From positions 1,412,882 through 1,476,881 of the forward strand of contig OY760694.1 in assembly GCA_963663955.1 (NCBI GenBank): a stretch of DNA of 64,000 nt, read 5' to 3'. Within the stretch, counting starts at the first letter, position 1. Every line of letters begins with the position of its first letter. The DNA is from Acidimicrobiia bacterium. Lineage in GTDB: Bacteria > Actinomycetota > Acidimicrobiia > Spongiisociales > Spongiisociaceae. The translations under genes were made by a program, and so were the position numbers. The notes beneath the pieces were generated by a model. The model saw only the letters and a list, made by a program, of their open reading frames with translations, ran no database searches and was not told where the DNA came from. Below are positions 19,998-28,331 of the stretch, in pieces.

Positions 19998-20849
19998 TCA
20001 CGGACCACCGCTATCTCCGAGTCCGAGTATCTGCAATGTCGGACGATGGATGATTCCCTCGATCACTTCGCCCGGTATCGAAGGCCAACCCCCTCCGACG
20101 GTTTCGTTGACGCCACGCAATGCCGCTTCGGTCTGCGTCGCCGTGGCGAACGGGAAGTCGGTTCCGAACAGCAGCTTGTCCGTGACCCGGTACTCCATAG
20201 CAGACAGCAGTGCCATGTACAGCTGCGCCGGTCGGGTGTGGAGGGCCGACACATCTGCGTAGAGGTTGGGATGCTTGCGGATCACCGCCATCGTCTCCTC
20301 GCACCAGGGATGCCCGAGATGGGCGATGAAGAGTTTCAAGTCGGGACAGCGGCGCGCCACCTCGTCGATCAGGAAGGGCCTCGCCCAGCGGAGGGGTGCA
20401 TCGGACACGAAGGTCGTACCCTGATGGCACAGTACAGGAAGGTGTAATTCCTCGGCCCGTTGGAATACCTCAATGGCCTGGGGTGAGGTCGGATCGAAGT
20501 GTTGATAGATGGGTCCCACCTTGAGACCTCTGAGCCCGAGTTCTTCGACCGCAAAATCCAGCCGGTTGATAGCGTCCGACCGGTTGGGATCCACACTGGC
20601 GAATCCGATCAGCCTGCCCGGGTCGGTGGCAACGTAGGCGCTCACGTACTCGTTGGGTACGACCATTCCAACCGCGGGAGCGTCCATGGCAACGACGATC
20701 GCTTTTTCCACTCCGGACATGGCAGCTTGATGGGCGCCGAGGTCGTCGGCGGGCCATCTCATCTCGCCCCAGGCCCGGACCATCTCGGCTACGAACGTCG
20801 GGCTGAAGTGTTCCAATGCCCCGACGTGGGTGTGGCAGTCGACGATCAC
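19998..20849 (-). CDS. Amidohydrolase family (Amidohydro_2)
   Basis: DCHTH, GFASVDP, GLKVGPIYQ, HQG, AHLGHPW, YADVS, FGTDFP. Confidence 0.9.
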   Translation of the reverse strand: MIVDCHTHVGALEHFSPTFVAEMVRAWGEMRWPADDLGAHQAAMSGVEKAIVVAMDAPAVGMVVPNEYVSAYVATDPGRLIGFASVDPNRSDAINRLDFAVEELGLRGLKVGPIYQHFDPTSPQAIEVFQRAEELHLPVLCHQGTTFVSDAPLRWARPFLIDEVARRCPDLKLFIAHLGHPWCEETMAVIRKHPNLYADVSALHTRPAQLYMALLSAMEYRVTDKLLFGTDFPFATATQTEAALRGVNETVGGGWPSIPGEVIEGIIHRPTLQILGLGDSGGP

Positions 20850-20885
20850 TCGCCCATCCTCAATTCGCGGTCTCGGATCCCACGA

Positions 20886-22058
20886 TCACGGATCCCTTCC
20901 GAGCAGGGCTGCGACGGCCAGATACACGCGGGCCGACCCTGCCAGATGATCTATGTATACCCATTCGTCCGGGGCGTAATGCCAGGCGCCGACACCGTAC
21001 ACGACGGTCTCGAGGCCCGCCGCGGCCAGGTCTGCCGCGTCGGTGACGAAAGCCTGGCCGGGAAGTTCGTTGGTTACACGCGGGACACTGCCGAGTATCC
21101 GGGTCTGTGCAGCCGTGATGGCGTCGACGAGCGGGCCGGAAGTTGCGCCGAGGAACGGTTGATGAAGCCCGATTATGCGCACTCGCCGAGCGACATCGTC
21201 GGGGACGACGCTCTCGACGATGTCTACGATCTCCTGCCTGACGCCTGACCTGTTCATTCCCGGCACGCACCGCAGGTCGCCGCGGATGGCGGTCGAGTCG
21301 GCCACTGCGCCGGGCGCCTCGCCGGCTTGCAACTGGCCGATCAGCAGGCGCGGCAGGTCCGGCAGCCGGGGTTCGGGGTGGTGGGCGAATCGATGGTCGA
21401 CGAGTTTGTCATAGATCGCGACCGCCGGTCGGAGCGTGTCGACGGCCGATTCCATCCGGGATACATGTCCGGGTGCTCCGGTGAGCAGTATCTCGAACTT
21501 GAAGCAGCCGCCGTTGGCGGTGTGGATGCTGAGGTCCGACGGTTCTCCACAGATCCCGTAACCCTCGGACGGGCCTTCCGTTTCCAGCGCGTACTTCGCT
21601 CCCAACCCGCTGCCGTTGTGGTACATGGTGGCGTGCAGTATCAGGTCTCCGGGAAGAGGACCGAACTCGGGGGCGGCTTCAACGGCCGCCACCATGGCTG
21701 CCACCCCTCCCAGCATGTCGGTAACGCCTCCTCCGTACAGCTTGTCGCCGTCCTCCCAAGGATCGTACGGATCATGGGTCCAGCCGGACGGATAGATCCA
21801 GGCGTCGATGTGGCCCTGCAGCACGAGCGGAGCGCGCTTGCCTTCTCCCGGGACACGGGCGATCACGTTGGGACGTCCTTGGACCACGTCGGCGATGTGC
21901 ACGTCGACGCCGGCTCGGTCGAGCGCATCGGCGATGATCTCGGCGCGTGGTCCCTCGGCCTTCGGGTCGTCGGAACGCACGCTGCACAGAGCACGAGCAA
22001 GGTCGACCACCCTTCTCGTGTCGATGGCGGCCGCGGCCCGCTCGAACAACTCCGTCAT
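20886..22058 (-). CDS. M20 family (ArgE/DapE-like) deacylase homologue with altered catalytic motif
   Basis: GRPNVIA, LQGHID, GVTDMLGG, GEPS, TDAA, PDE; the usual EE motif is replaced by MYHNG. Confidence 0.8.
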   Translation of the reverse strand: MTELFERAAAAIDTRRVVDLARALCSVRSDDPKAEGPRAEIIADALDRAGVDVHIADVVQGRPNVIARVPGEGKRAPLVLQGHIDAWIYPSGWTHDPYDPWEDGDKLYGGGVTDMLGGVAAMVAAVEAAPEFGPLPGDLILHATMYHNGSGLGAKYALETEGPSEGYGICGEPSDLSIHTANGGCFKFEILLTGAPGHVSRMESAVDTLRPAVAIYDKLVDHRFAHHPEPRLPDLPRLLIGQLQAGEAPGAVADSTAIRGDLRCVPGMNRSGVRQEIVDIVESVVPDDVARRVRIIGLHQPFLGATSGPLVDAITAAQTRILGSVPRVTNELPGQAFVTDAADLAAAGLETVVYGVGAWHYAPDEWVYIDHLAGSARVYLAVAALLGRDP

Positions 22059-22083
22059 TTGCTACTCCCTCCCGAATCAAGGA

Positions 22084-22869
22084 TTAAGTGACCGCCCGGG
22101 TCACCGGAGCGGTGCTGGAACCGTAATAGAACTCGGCCATAGCGGCGGCCAACTCGTCGATGCCGACTTTCAGAAAAGCATGTCCCAACTCGGCTGTTCC
22201 GTTGGAGGGGCTATCGGTGAACCCGTCGGTGGCCTGCCAACTCCCGGGTCTCTCGATCCGTAAAGGCGCATCGACGGTACCTATGAGCGGACTCTCCCAG
22301 TCGGGTCGGTGCGGGCGCGGCTCACGAACGAGGCCGGCGTCCAGGGCTAGGACGACCGACGATTCAAAGGCCCCTGCGTGACCGGGGAGCCGCCCGATTT
22401 CGGCGGCGCCCGCCGCGGCCAACTCGTTGAACGCCAGGGCCCACCATGAACATGCTGCGACCTCAAGGCCTTCTTCGAGGGCTAGATCCCGGGCAGCCAC
22501 CCCTATCAGCTCGTGGTTGCCGCCGTGGCCGTTGACAATGAACAAGCGCCGGAAGGAGGCCCGAGCGAGGGAGCGGCCCAGGTCCATCAACACAGCCAGG
22601 TACGTTCCCGCGTCCAAAGACATCGTCCCACCGAACGGTATGTGATGCGGCGAGGATCCGTACCAGAGGGTGGGTGCAACCGCAATCGGGAACTGTTCTG
22701 CCACGTCAGCGGCCGATCGGCGAGCGACGTATTCGGCGCCCATGGCGTCGGTCCCGACCGGCAGATGGGGTCCGTGCTGTTCGGTGGCGCCCACCGGCAG
22801 CACCACTACGCCGTCCCTGGCGATTGATCGACACTCTTCTCGGGTCAACTCGGAGAGCAGAAGCCGCAT
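22084..22869 (-). CDS. Creatininase family cyclic amidohydrolase
   Basis: LPVGATEQHGPHLPVGTD, G.S.HH..F.GT, NGHGGN, GHAGAFESS. Confidence 0.92.
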   Translation of the reverse strand: MRLLLSELTREECRSIARDGVVVLPVGATEQHGPHLPVGTDAMGAEYVARRSAADVAEQFPIAVAPTLWYGSSPHHIPFGGTMSLDAGTYLAVLMDLGRSLARASFRRLFIVNGHGGNHELIGVAARDLALEEGLEVAACSWWALAFNELAAAGAAEIGRLPGHAGAFESSVVLALDAGLVREPRPHRPDWESPLIGTVDAPLRIERPGSWQATDGFTDSPSNGTAELGHAFLKVGIDELAAAMAEFYYGSSTAPVTRAVT

Positions 22870-22980
22870 CAGGCGGCGCCTTCGGTGTTCTCAACCGGCG
22901 ACCTGCGAAACACTCGGAGTGAACAGACAAGCGCATTATCGGTCGGAGGGCCAAACACAATCCCGGCTTTCAGCACTGTC

Positions 22981-23904
22981 CTACGGAGCTACCGGGACAC
23001 CGAGGCCGTCGGCGTGCGGTTTGGATTGGACAGACTCCGGCCGCTCCCGCCGGAGCCACTCGAGAGCGATAGCCGCTCTCCGGACCTTCTCCCTGGCATT
23101 GGCGATCGCGACATCGACTACGTGTCCACCGGAGGGGTATACCCCGGCCGCATTGGCCAGACCCATCTTCGCGTAGAGTGGAGCACCGACCGCCACGAAG
23201 TCGGCGATCTCGTGCCCGCGGACCGTCGGGCCCATACCGTCCGGGGTTTCCAGATAGAGGTCCAACGGGGCGGAGACAACCGATCGGATCTCGAACAACT
23301 GCTCCAAGGTCACGTCGGAGGGAATGTTGATCGTTCCGGCGCCCATCTCCTCGAGCACCTTGATCGTGGCCGGGTTCGAGACCCCCATGTACGCCGAGAT
23401 CTTCCACACCGTCTCGCTCGGAAGTTCCCCGTCGCGCTGCATTCTCACGAGAACCGACAGCAGTCCTAGATCACCGACGAGGAAGCTACGTATACCTGCC
23501 TCTGTCGACCGGACGATATCCGCAACTGCGTACCGGAGTTGGCGCATGCTCCTTATCTGAGCGAACTGGCCCCCGCCGTCCTTCGATCTGCTGAACGCGC
23601 CGATGTCATAGCCTGCCCGCGGCCCGGTGAACAGGCAGACTCCGAGTCCGACTTGGGCGCCGATGGCTGCCATCTCGCGGAGCTCCGCTTCCTCCAGCAG
23701 CGTTCCCCCGCTGCCCTGCGAAACGCGGTTGACGGTGAGTTGGTATCGATCTGCTTCATCGAGTACCGCCTCGAGCACTCGCGGTCCCTCGACACTCGGT
23801 ATCTCGATCCGGAACTCCGCCCCGTCGGGGAAGCGCTGCTTGCTGGCCGCCGGCGAGTCGGTAATCAGAAGGCCGTGACGCCGGAGCGCTGCGCGTATAT
23901 CCAT
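22981..23904 (-). CDS. Peptidase U32-like TIM-barrel protein of unknown function
   Basis: RFPDGAEFRIEIPSVEGP, GIRSFLVGDLGLL, KISAYMGVSNP, E.MGAGTIN, PLDLYLE; GAAGGAG RBS before ATG at 23904 (ORF track start 24012). Confidence 0.65.
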   Translation of the reverse strand: MDIRAALRRHGLLITDSPAASKQRFPDGAEFRIEIPSVEGPRVLEAVLDEADRYQLTVNRVSQGSGGTLLEEAELREMAAIGAQVGLGVCLFTGPRAGYDIGAFSRSKDGGGQFAQIRSMRQLRYAVADIVRSTEAGIRSFLVGDLGLLSVLVRMQRDGELPSETVWKISAYMGVSNPATIKVLEEMGAGTINIPSDVTLEQLFEIRSVVSAPLDLYLETPDGMGPTVRGHEIADFVAVGAPLYAKMGLANAAGVYPSGGHVVDVAIANAREKVRRAAIALEWLRRERPESVQSKPHADGLGVPVAP

Positions 23905-23950
23905 AGGCTCCTTCGCGTCTGGCAAAGCTATTCTCGAAATGGCGAATCCT

Positions 23951-23967
23951 GTTGCGTGTATCGCAAC
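23951..23967. promoter_or_regulatory. Second candidate IclR operator GTTGCG-N5-CGCAAC
   Basis: GTTGCGTGTATCGCAAC in the divergent promoter region; extra GTTGCG half-site 20 bp downstream, as at 16646/16666. Confidence 0.65.
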
Positions 23968-24073
23968 CGGGTTGCGTGCGGCGATTATCGGAGGATAGTT
24001 CCGCATTGTCAACCGGTTCCAGCCGGGCAGGTGCAGGTGGAAAGCCGGTCAAGCAACATCCGGTTACCAGAGT

Positions 24074-25084
24074 ATGAGGAGGCGAGTTTTGAGGCCTGTG
24101 AACTGTGCCGTCATCGGGGTCGGCATGATGGGTACCTCCCATGTGCAAGTGCTCGATGCGCTCCCCGAGGCTCGGCTGATCGCATGCTGTGACACAGATC
24201 CGGCTGTAGCCGAACGGCTACCTCCCGGTGTCGCTCTCGTTTCCGACGTCGAGACGTTGCTGGACCTCGACCAACTCGAAGCCGTCTTCGTATGCACCCC
24301 TCAAGAACACCACCTCCCTATCGTGGAGGTGTGCCTCGATGCCGGTCTGTTCGTCTTCTGCGAGAAACCGATTGCCCACGATCTGGCGGACGCGGACCGG
24401 ATCATCGCGGTCGCGCGCCGGACAGGTGGGCGTTTCGCGGTCGGGCACACGATGCGCTTCGATCCGGCTTACGTGGCGCTGGCCGACGAGGTGTCGTCGG
24501 GATCGATCGGAGCGCCCGTGCAACTGTCGGCTCGGCGCAACGTACCCGCCTTCGAGGGTCGGTTGCTCTTCAACCGGACGACCCTTGCCGTCGAGGTGGG
24601 TGTCCACGACATTGATCTGCTTCGGTGGCTGGCGGGACCTGTGGAGCGTGTCTTTGCAACGCCCGCCACCACCGCGACTCTGGGCGTCGGCGCCGTGGAC
24701 GCTATTGCGGGAACGCTGCGTTTCGCGTCGGGCGCGGTGGGTATCGTCGAGTTCAACTGGATAATGAACCAAGATTCAGCCCTCAGTAGTGACTACCGGC
24801 TGGCGGTGTTCGGTACGGAGGGGGCCGGGTACGTGGAGATGAGGGACCCGGTTGCCACCTTATTCTCCAGCGGTGGCTCGAAGTGGCTCCGAACCCGTGG
24901 GCAGTTCGACGTGAAAGGCACGGTGACAGGGGTGGTGGCTATCGAGGATCGGCACTTCCTCGCTACCGTGCGTGGACTGCGGGAGTGGCCGGTAACCATT
25001 GAGGACGCCAGAGCGGCGCTGGCAGTTGCCTTGGCGCTTGACAGATCGCTCGCGGAGGGCCGCCCGGTGTACGTCGAAGCATGA
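24074..25084 (+). CDS. Gfo/Idh/MocA family oxidoreductase (paralog of 4476-5495)
   Basis: IGVGMMG, FVFCEKP, GHTMRFDP, HDID, RFASGAVG. Confidence 0.9.
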   Translation: MRRRVLRPVNCAVIGVGMMGTSHVQVLDALPEARLIACCDTDPAVAERLPPGVALVSDVETLLDLDQLEAVFVCTPQEHHLPIVEVCLDAGLFVFCEKPIAHDLADADRIIAVARRTGGRFAVGHTMRFDPAYVALADEVSSGSIGAPVQLSARRNVPAFEGRLLFNRTTLAVEVGVHDIDLLRWLAGPVERVFATPATTATLGVGAVDAIAGTLRFASGAVGIVEFNWIMNQDSALSSDYRLAVFGTEGAGYVEMRDPVATLFSSGGSKWLRTRGQFDVKGTVTGVVAIEDRHFLATVRGLREWPVTIEDARAALAVALALDRSLAEGRPVYVEA

Positions 25085-25173
25085 CGGGCCACCCCGTTGA
25101 TCGCGAGTCCGATCGGTAGCGCACCGTCCCCGCAAGCGGGCGGCGGACGCTACTCGGTAGAGGGAGTTGACAG

Positions 25174-26067
25174 ATGATCGTCGATGTCCATAGCCACATC
25201 ATGTGGTACCCCGATCACATCCGGGAGGAGACAGCCCGGGAAGCCTTGGATTCGAAGCTGGTCAAGTTGAAGTACTCGGGGGGTGAGATTCATGCCGCGC
25301 GTCTCGATCTCCACTCGTACGACTCGTTACCCGAGGATCACTGGAGGGCGGCGCAACAGGCCGACAAGGTGGTGGTGTTCGGGATGAGAGCGCAGCCGAC
25401 GGGAATCGTCGTCCCGAACGAACTAGTCGCCGACTATGCCGCGTCGCACCCCGAGAAGATCATCGGATGGGCTTCGGTCAACCCATCCGATGATGATGCG
25501 ATCCACCAACTGGAGTACTGCGTTGCGGATCTGGGCCTGAGCGGCCTGAAACTGGGTCCTACCTACCAGCATTTCGACCCCACGGACCGTAGCTACCGGC
25601 CCTTCTTCCGGAGGTGCTCCGAACTGGGATTACCGATCATGTGGCACCAGGGCACGACCTTCCCCAGCAGTGCGAGGCTTCGATGGGCGCTTCCGCTGTT
25701 GCTCGAGGATGTGGCGATGGAGTTCCCCGACCTGAGGATGATCATCGCCCATCTGGGCCATCCCTGGGAGGAGGATGTCGTAGCGCTGATCCGCAAGACC
25801 CCAAACATGTATGCCGACATCTCGGCGGTACATTACCGTCCCTGGCGCTACTGGCAGGCGATGGTCACCGCCATGGAGTACGGAGTGACCCACAAACTTC
25901 TCCTCGCCTCCGACTTCCCGTCCGGGACGGTATCGAATGTCATCAACGGGTTGCGGGGGATCAACGACATCGTCGAAGGGACTAGGCTCCCGAAGATTCC
26001 CACCGAGATCCAGGACAGGATCATCTACGAGAACTGGAAGCAGCCGTTCCCCGAGTGGCGGAACTGA
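25174..26067 (+). CDS. Amidohydrolase family (Amidohydro_2; paralog of 19998-20849)
   Basis: DVHSH, GWASVNP, GLKLGPTYQHFDPT, HQGTTF, AHLGHPW, ASDFP. Confidence 0.9.
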   Translation: MIVDVHSHIMWYPDHIREETAREALDSKLVKLKYSGGEIHAARLDLHSYDSLPEDHWRAAQQADKVVVFGMRAQPTGIVVPNELVADYAASHPEKIIGWASVNPSDDDAIHQLEYCVADLGLSGLKLGPTYQHFDPTDRSYRPFFRRCSELGLPIMWHQGTTFPSSARLRWALPLLLEDVAMEFPDLRMIIAHLGHPWEEDVVALIRKTPNMYADISAVHYRPWRYWQAMVTAMEYGVTHKLLLASDFPSGTVSNVINGLRGINDIVEGTRLPKIPTEIQDRIIYENWKQPFPEWRN

Positions 26068-26152
26068 CACTCCGGGAACGCCGGGGGCCTTGCCGGTTGT
26101 GGAATCGCCTGAACCCCAAAGTGTCATCACGGTCTCTAGCCTTCTGAAGTGC

Positions 26153-26547
26153 TAGTTCGTTTGTCTTGCGGGAAGGCTTGTCTCGGGGATAGGGGTTGAT
26201 CCAACCAAGCCTGTGTGTTCCGGAAGGGACCGCGGTTTTCGGGTGTCGGGGTCTGGAAGTGTCCCACCCAAGGCGCATAATGGTAGGTAGCCATATGCAC
26301 CGCCGGTTCGGGTTGTTCGGTACCGAACGAACCGGGGCAGGGATCATCAAAATACGGACAATTTCGACCGTCTCTCCCCGGTTCGGGGTTCGGCGGGTCG
26401 CGTTCGGGAACCTCGGAAAGGTGGAGGCGGGGGTGGGCCCTGCGGAGGCAACCGTTCCGGCGTTTTTCGCGTTCTCAAGATCCCCGAGCCTGCCGGTGCG
26501 CTCGGATGGTCACCGCAATCGCCAAACGAATCCCTGACCAGAACACC
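26153..26547. repeat. ~395-bp dispersed intergenic repeat, copy 1
   Basis: Colinear with 61227-61620; invariant core GCCATATGCACCGCCGGTTCGGGTTGTTCGGTACCGAACGAACCGGGGCAGGGATCATCA. Confidence 0.85.
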
Positions 26548-26647
26548 GGGGAGGTTTACAAAAAAGTCCGTACAACGGGGTTCGGGCGCTGTGCCCGGAA
26601 CATCTACCAGACTGCGAACCTCGCGAGATTATTTGAGCACCCTCCCC
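26548..26647. mobile_element. Palindromic MITE/REP-like element, copy 2
   Basis: GGGGAGG..AAAAAAGTCCGTACAACGGGGTTCG...CTACCAG..CTGCGAACC...TTTGAGCACCCTCC. Confidence 0.7.
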
Positions 26648-28235
26648 TCAGCAACCGAGGAAACGTTCCAATACGTTGCGCGTCACCTTTGACACCGTCT
26701 CGTCGAATCGCGATCGAGCAGGTATAGGAGATCGAGCCGACCGAGAACACCTCTCCCCCACCGGCTGTTCGGTGGTACACCATCTCGGCCCCGCCATCGT
26801 CGGGGTTGGCGCCCTTGGCGATGAGTTGCAGCCCTGCCGGTGAGGAAGGCGTCCGCTTGTCGGTCTCGTGGCCCGAAGCACCGCCGGGCGCCCGCCTGTC
26901 CAACGATTCCGTACCGAACAATTCGCCCTCGGCAAGGCCCGTACCCGCCAGGACCCAATGCGACGCGTCGACCACCCGGTAGGGAGCGCCTGTCTCGTAT
27001 CCGGTGTGGGTTGTGACCACTCCGGTGAGGTGGGCCTCCGACTCGTGCCTCACGCCGAAGCGGCTCTCGAAGTCGGGCGGCCTTTTGTGGTGATCGTTGT
27101 TCCGAACGGTCATCGTGGTCGGGTCCGGGAACTCGACCTCGCAGTTGAGGCTGTTGCCACCCAGCACCATGAGCTTTCCGCCCCGCTCGAAGACCCATGA
27201 CTTGACGCGGCAATACATGCTGTGTGTCCAGTATTCCGGGTGGGTACTGATAATCAGGACGTCGTAGTCATCAAGGGGCATCTCTCCGAAGTGGAGTTGA
27301 GTCTCGGCGTAGTAGTCGTACTCGAACCCCTCCCGCTCCATCCACCCCAGAAGGCGCCACTCCGCCGGCGCGACATGTTCCTCGCCGCGCCGCTCCATAG
27401 GATCGGTGATGGACCCGTTCTCGGCCGTCATGTTCAGCGGTTCGGGACGGTCGAACGACAGCGGGTCGTACTCATCCGACGTCCAGGGTTGCAGGGCCGG
27501 ATCGGTGTAGTACACGTCTTCCTGCCGGAAGTTGAAGTATGGGCGTTCCGGGAGCCTGATCGACGCCACATAGTTGCTCCGACCGCCGTAGTGGTTGTAC
27601 GCGTTCCATGTGATATTGGATGCCAAGACCGCGATCCGATGCTGCGGCGCCCGCGGCGCCACCACCCAAGGAAACGAGAAGAACGCCCCGGCGACATCCT
27701 TGGCATGGAAGTAGTAGAGCCCCGACCGTGGCGGCGCTTCGACGTAGACTCTCGGATCCACCTCCGGGTAGGAGTATCCGTGGTCACTCCATCTGACGCC
27801 GGTCCGGCTCACGTCTCCGTCCGGCAGGATCTGGCTGTAGGCCCCACGAGGTTCATCGGAGAAGTGGCCGAGTTCGGCTACGAACTCGCGGTCCCATCCG
27901 TATCGCCATAGGCTGACGATCGCATCGCGGGGCGAGTGGAGCCGCACCTGGCCGGTGTCGCCCGACTTGGCCCACTTGGGCCACACGTAGCCGCTGATGC
28001 TGTCCGAGAGCAGGCGGAAGTGATGGATGGAACCCGGCCTGACCTCCATGTCTACCCACTTCGGCGTATACCCGTCACGACTCAGATAAACGCGGTAGGT
28101 CCCCGGCTCGACGTCCGCGTATACCGACCCGGAGGCTCGTGAGCAGGCCGCTACGGACACGTTCTGCTTGGTGAACTCGAGCGTCACGTTCGGGATAGCG
28201 ACGTAGTACTCGTCGCTCACGTATCCGACCAGCAC
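26604..28235 (-). CDS. N,N-dimethylformamidase beta-subunit family protein with N-terminal carboxypeptidase-regulatory-like domain
   Basis: RSGLY, TWNAYNHYGG, LSFDRP, LLGWMEREG, HPEYW, LGGN, SGHETD, VFSVGSI. An extra base near 26707 shifts the last codons; the natural C-terminus DETVSKVTRNVLERFLGC ends at 26648. Confidence 0.85.
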   Translation of the reverse strand: MLVGYVSDEYYVAIPNVTLEFTKQNVSVAACSRASGSVYADVEPGTYRVYLSRDGYTPKWVDMEVRPGSIHHFRLLSDSISGYVWPKWAKSGDTGQVRLHSPRDAIVSLWRYGWDREFVAELGHFSDEPRGAYSQILPDGDVSRTGVRWSDHGYSYPEVDPRVYVEAPPRSGLYYFHAKDVAGAFFSFPWVVAPRAPQHRIAVLASNITWNAYNHYGGRSNYVASIRLPERPYFNFRQEDVYYTDPALQPWTSDEYDPLSFDRPEPLNMTAENGSITDPMERRGEEHVAPAEWRLLGWMEREGFEYDYYAETQLHFGEMPLDDYDVLIISTHPEYWTHSMYCRVKSWVFERGGKLMVLGGNSLNCEVEFPDPTTMTVRNNDHHKRPPDFESRFGVRHESEAHLTGVVTTHTGYETGAPYRVVDASHWVLAGTGLAEGELFGTESLDRRAPGGASGHETDKRTPSSPAGLQLIAKGANPDDGGAEMVYHRTAGGGEVFSVGSISYTCSIAIRRDGVKGDAQRIGTFPRLLRGGCSNNLARFAVW

Positions 28236-28331
28236 TGCTACCTCCCTGTTACAACCCCGCGAAGCCCCGAATATCCCGATGTCCCGTCACTATAACTTTG
28301 TGGGTCTTACCGCCGGGGGTCCCGGTGAACG

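Noticed and set aside
18975-20447. Long antisense ORFs (also 34416-35609, 29565-30482, 3226-4269, 54803-55762)
   Set aside because: Shadow ORFs opposite well-supported genes, as expected in high-GC DNA; no motifs.
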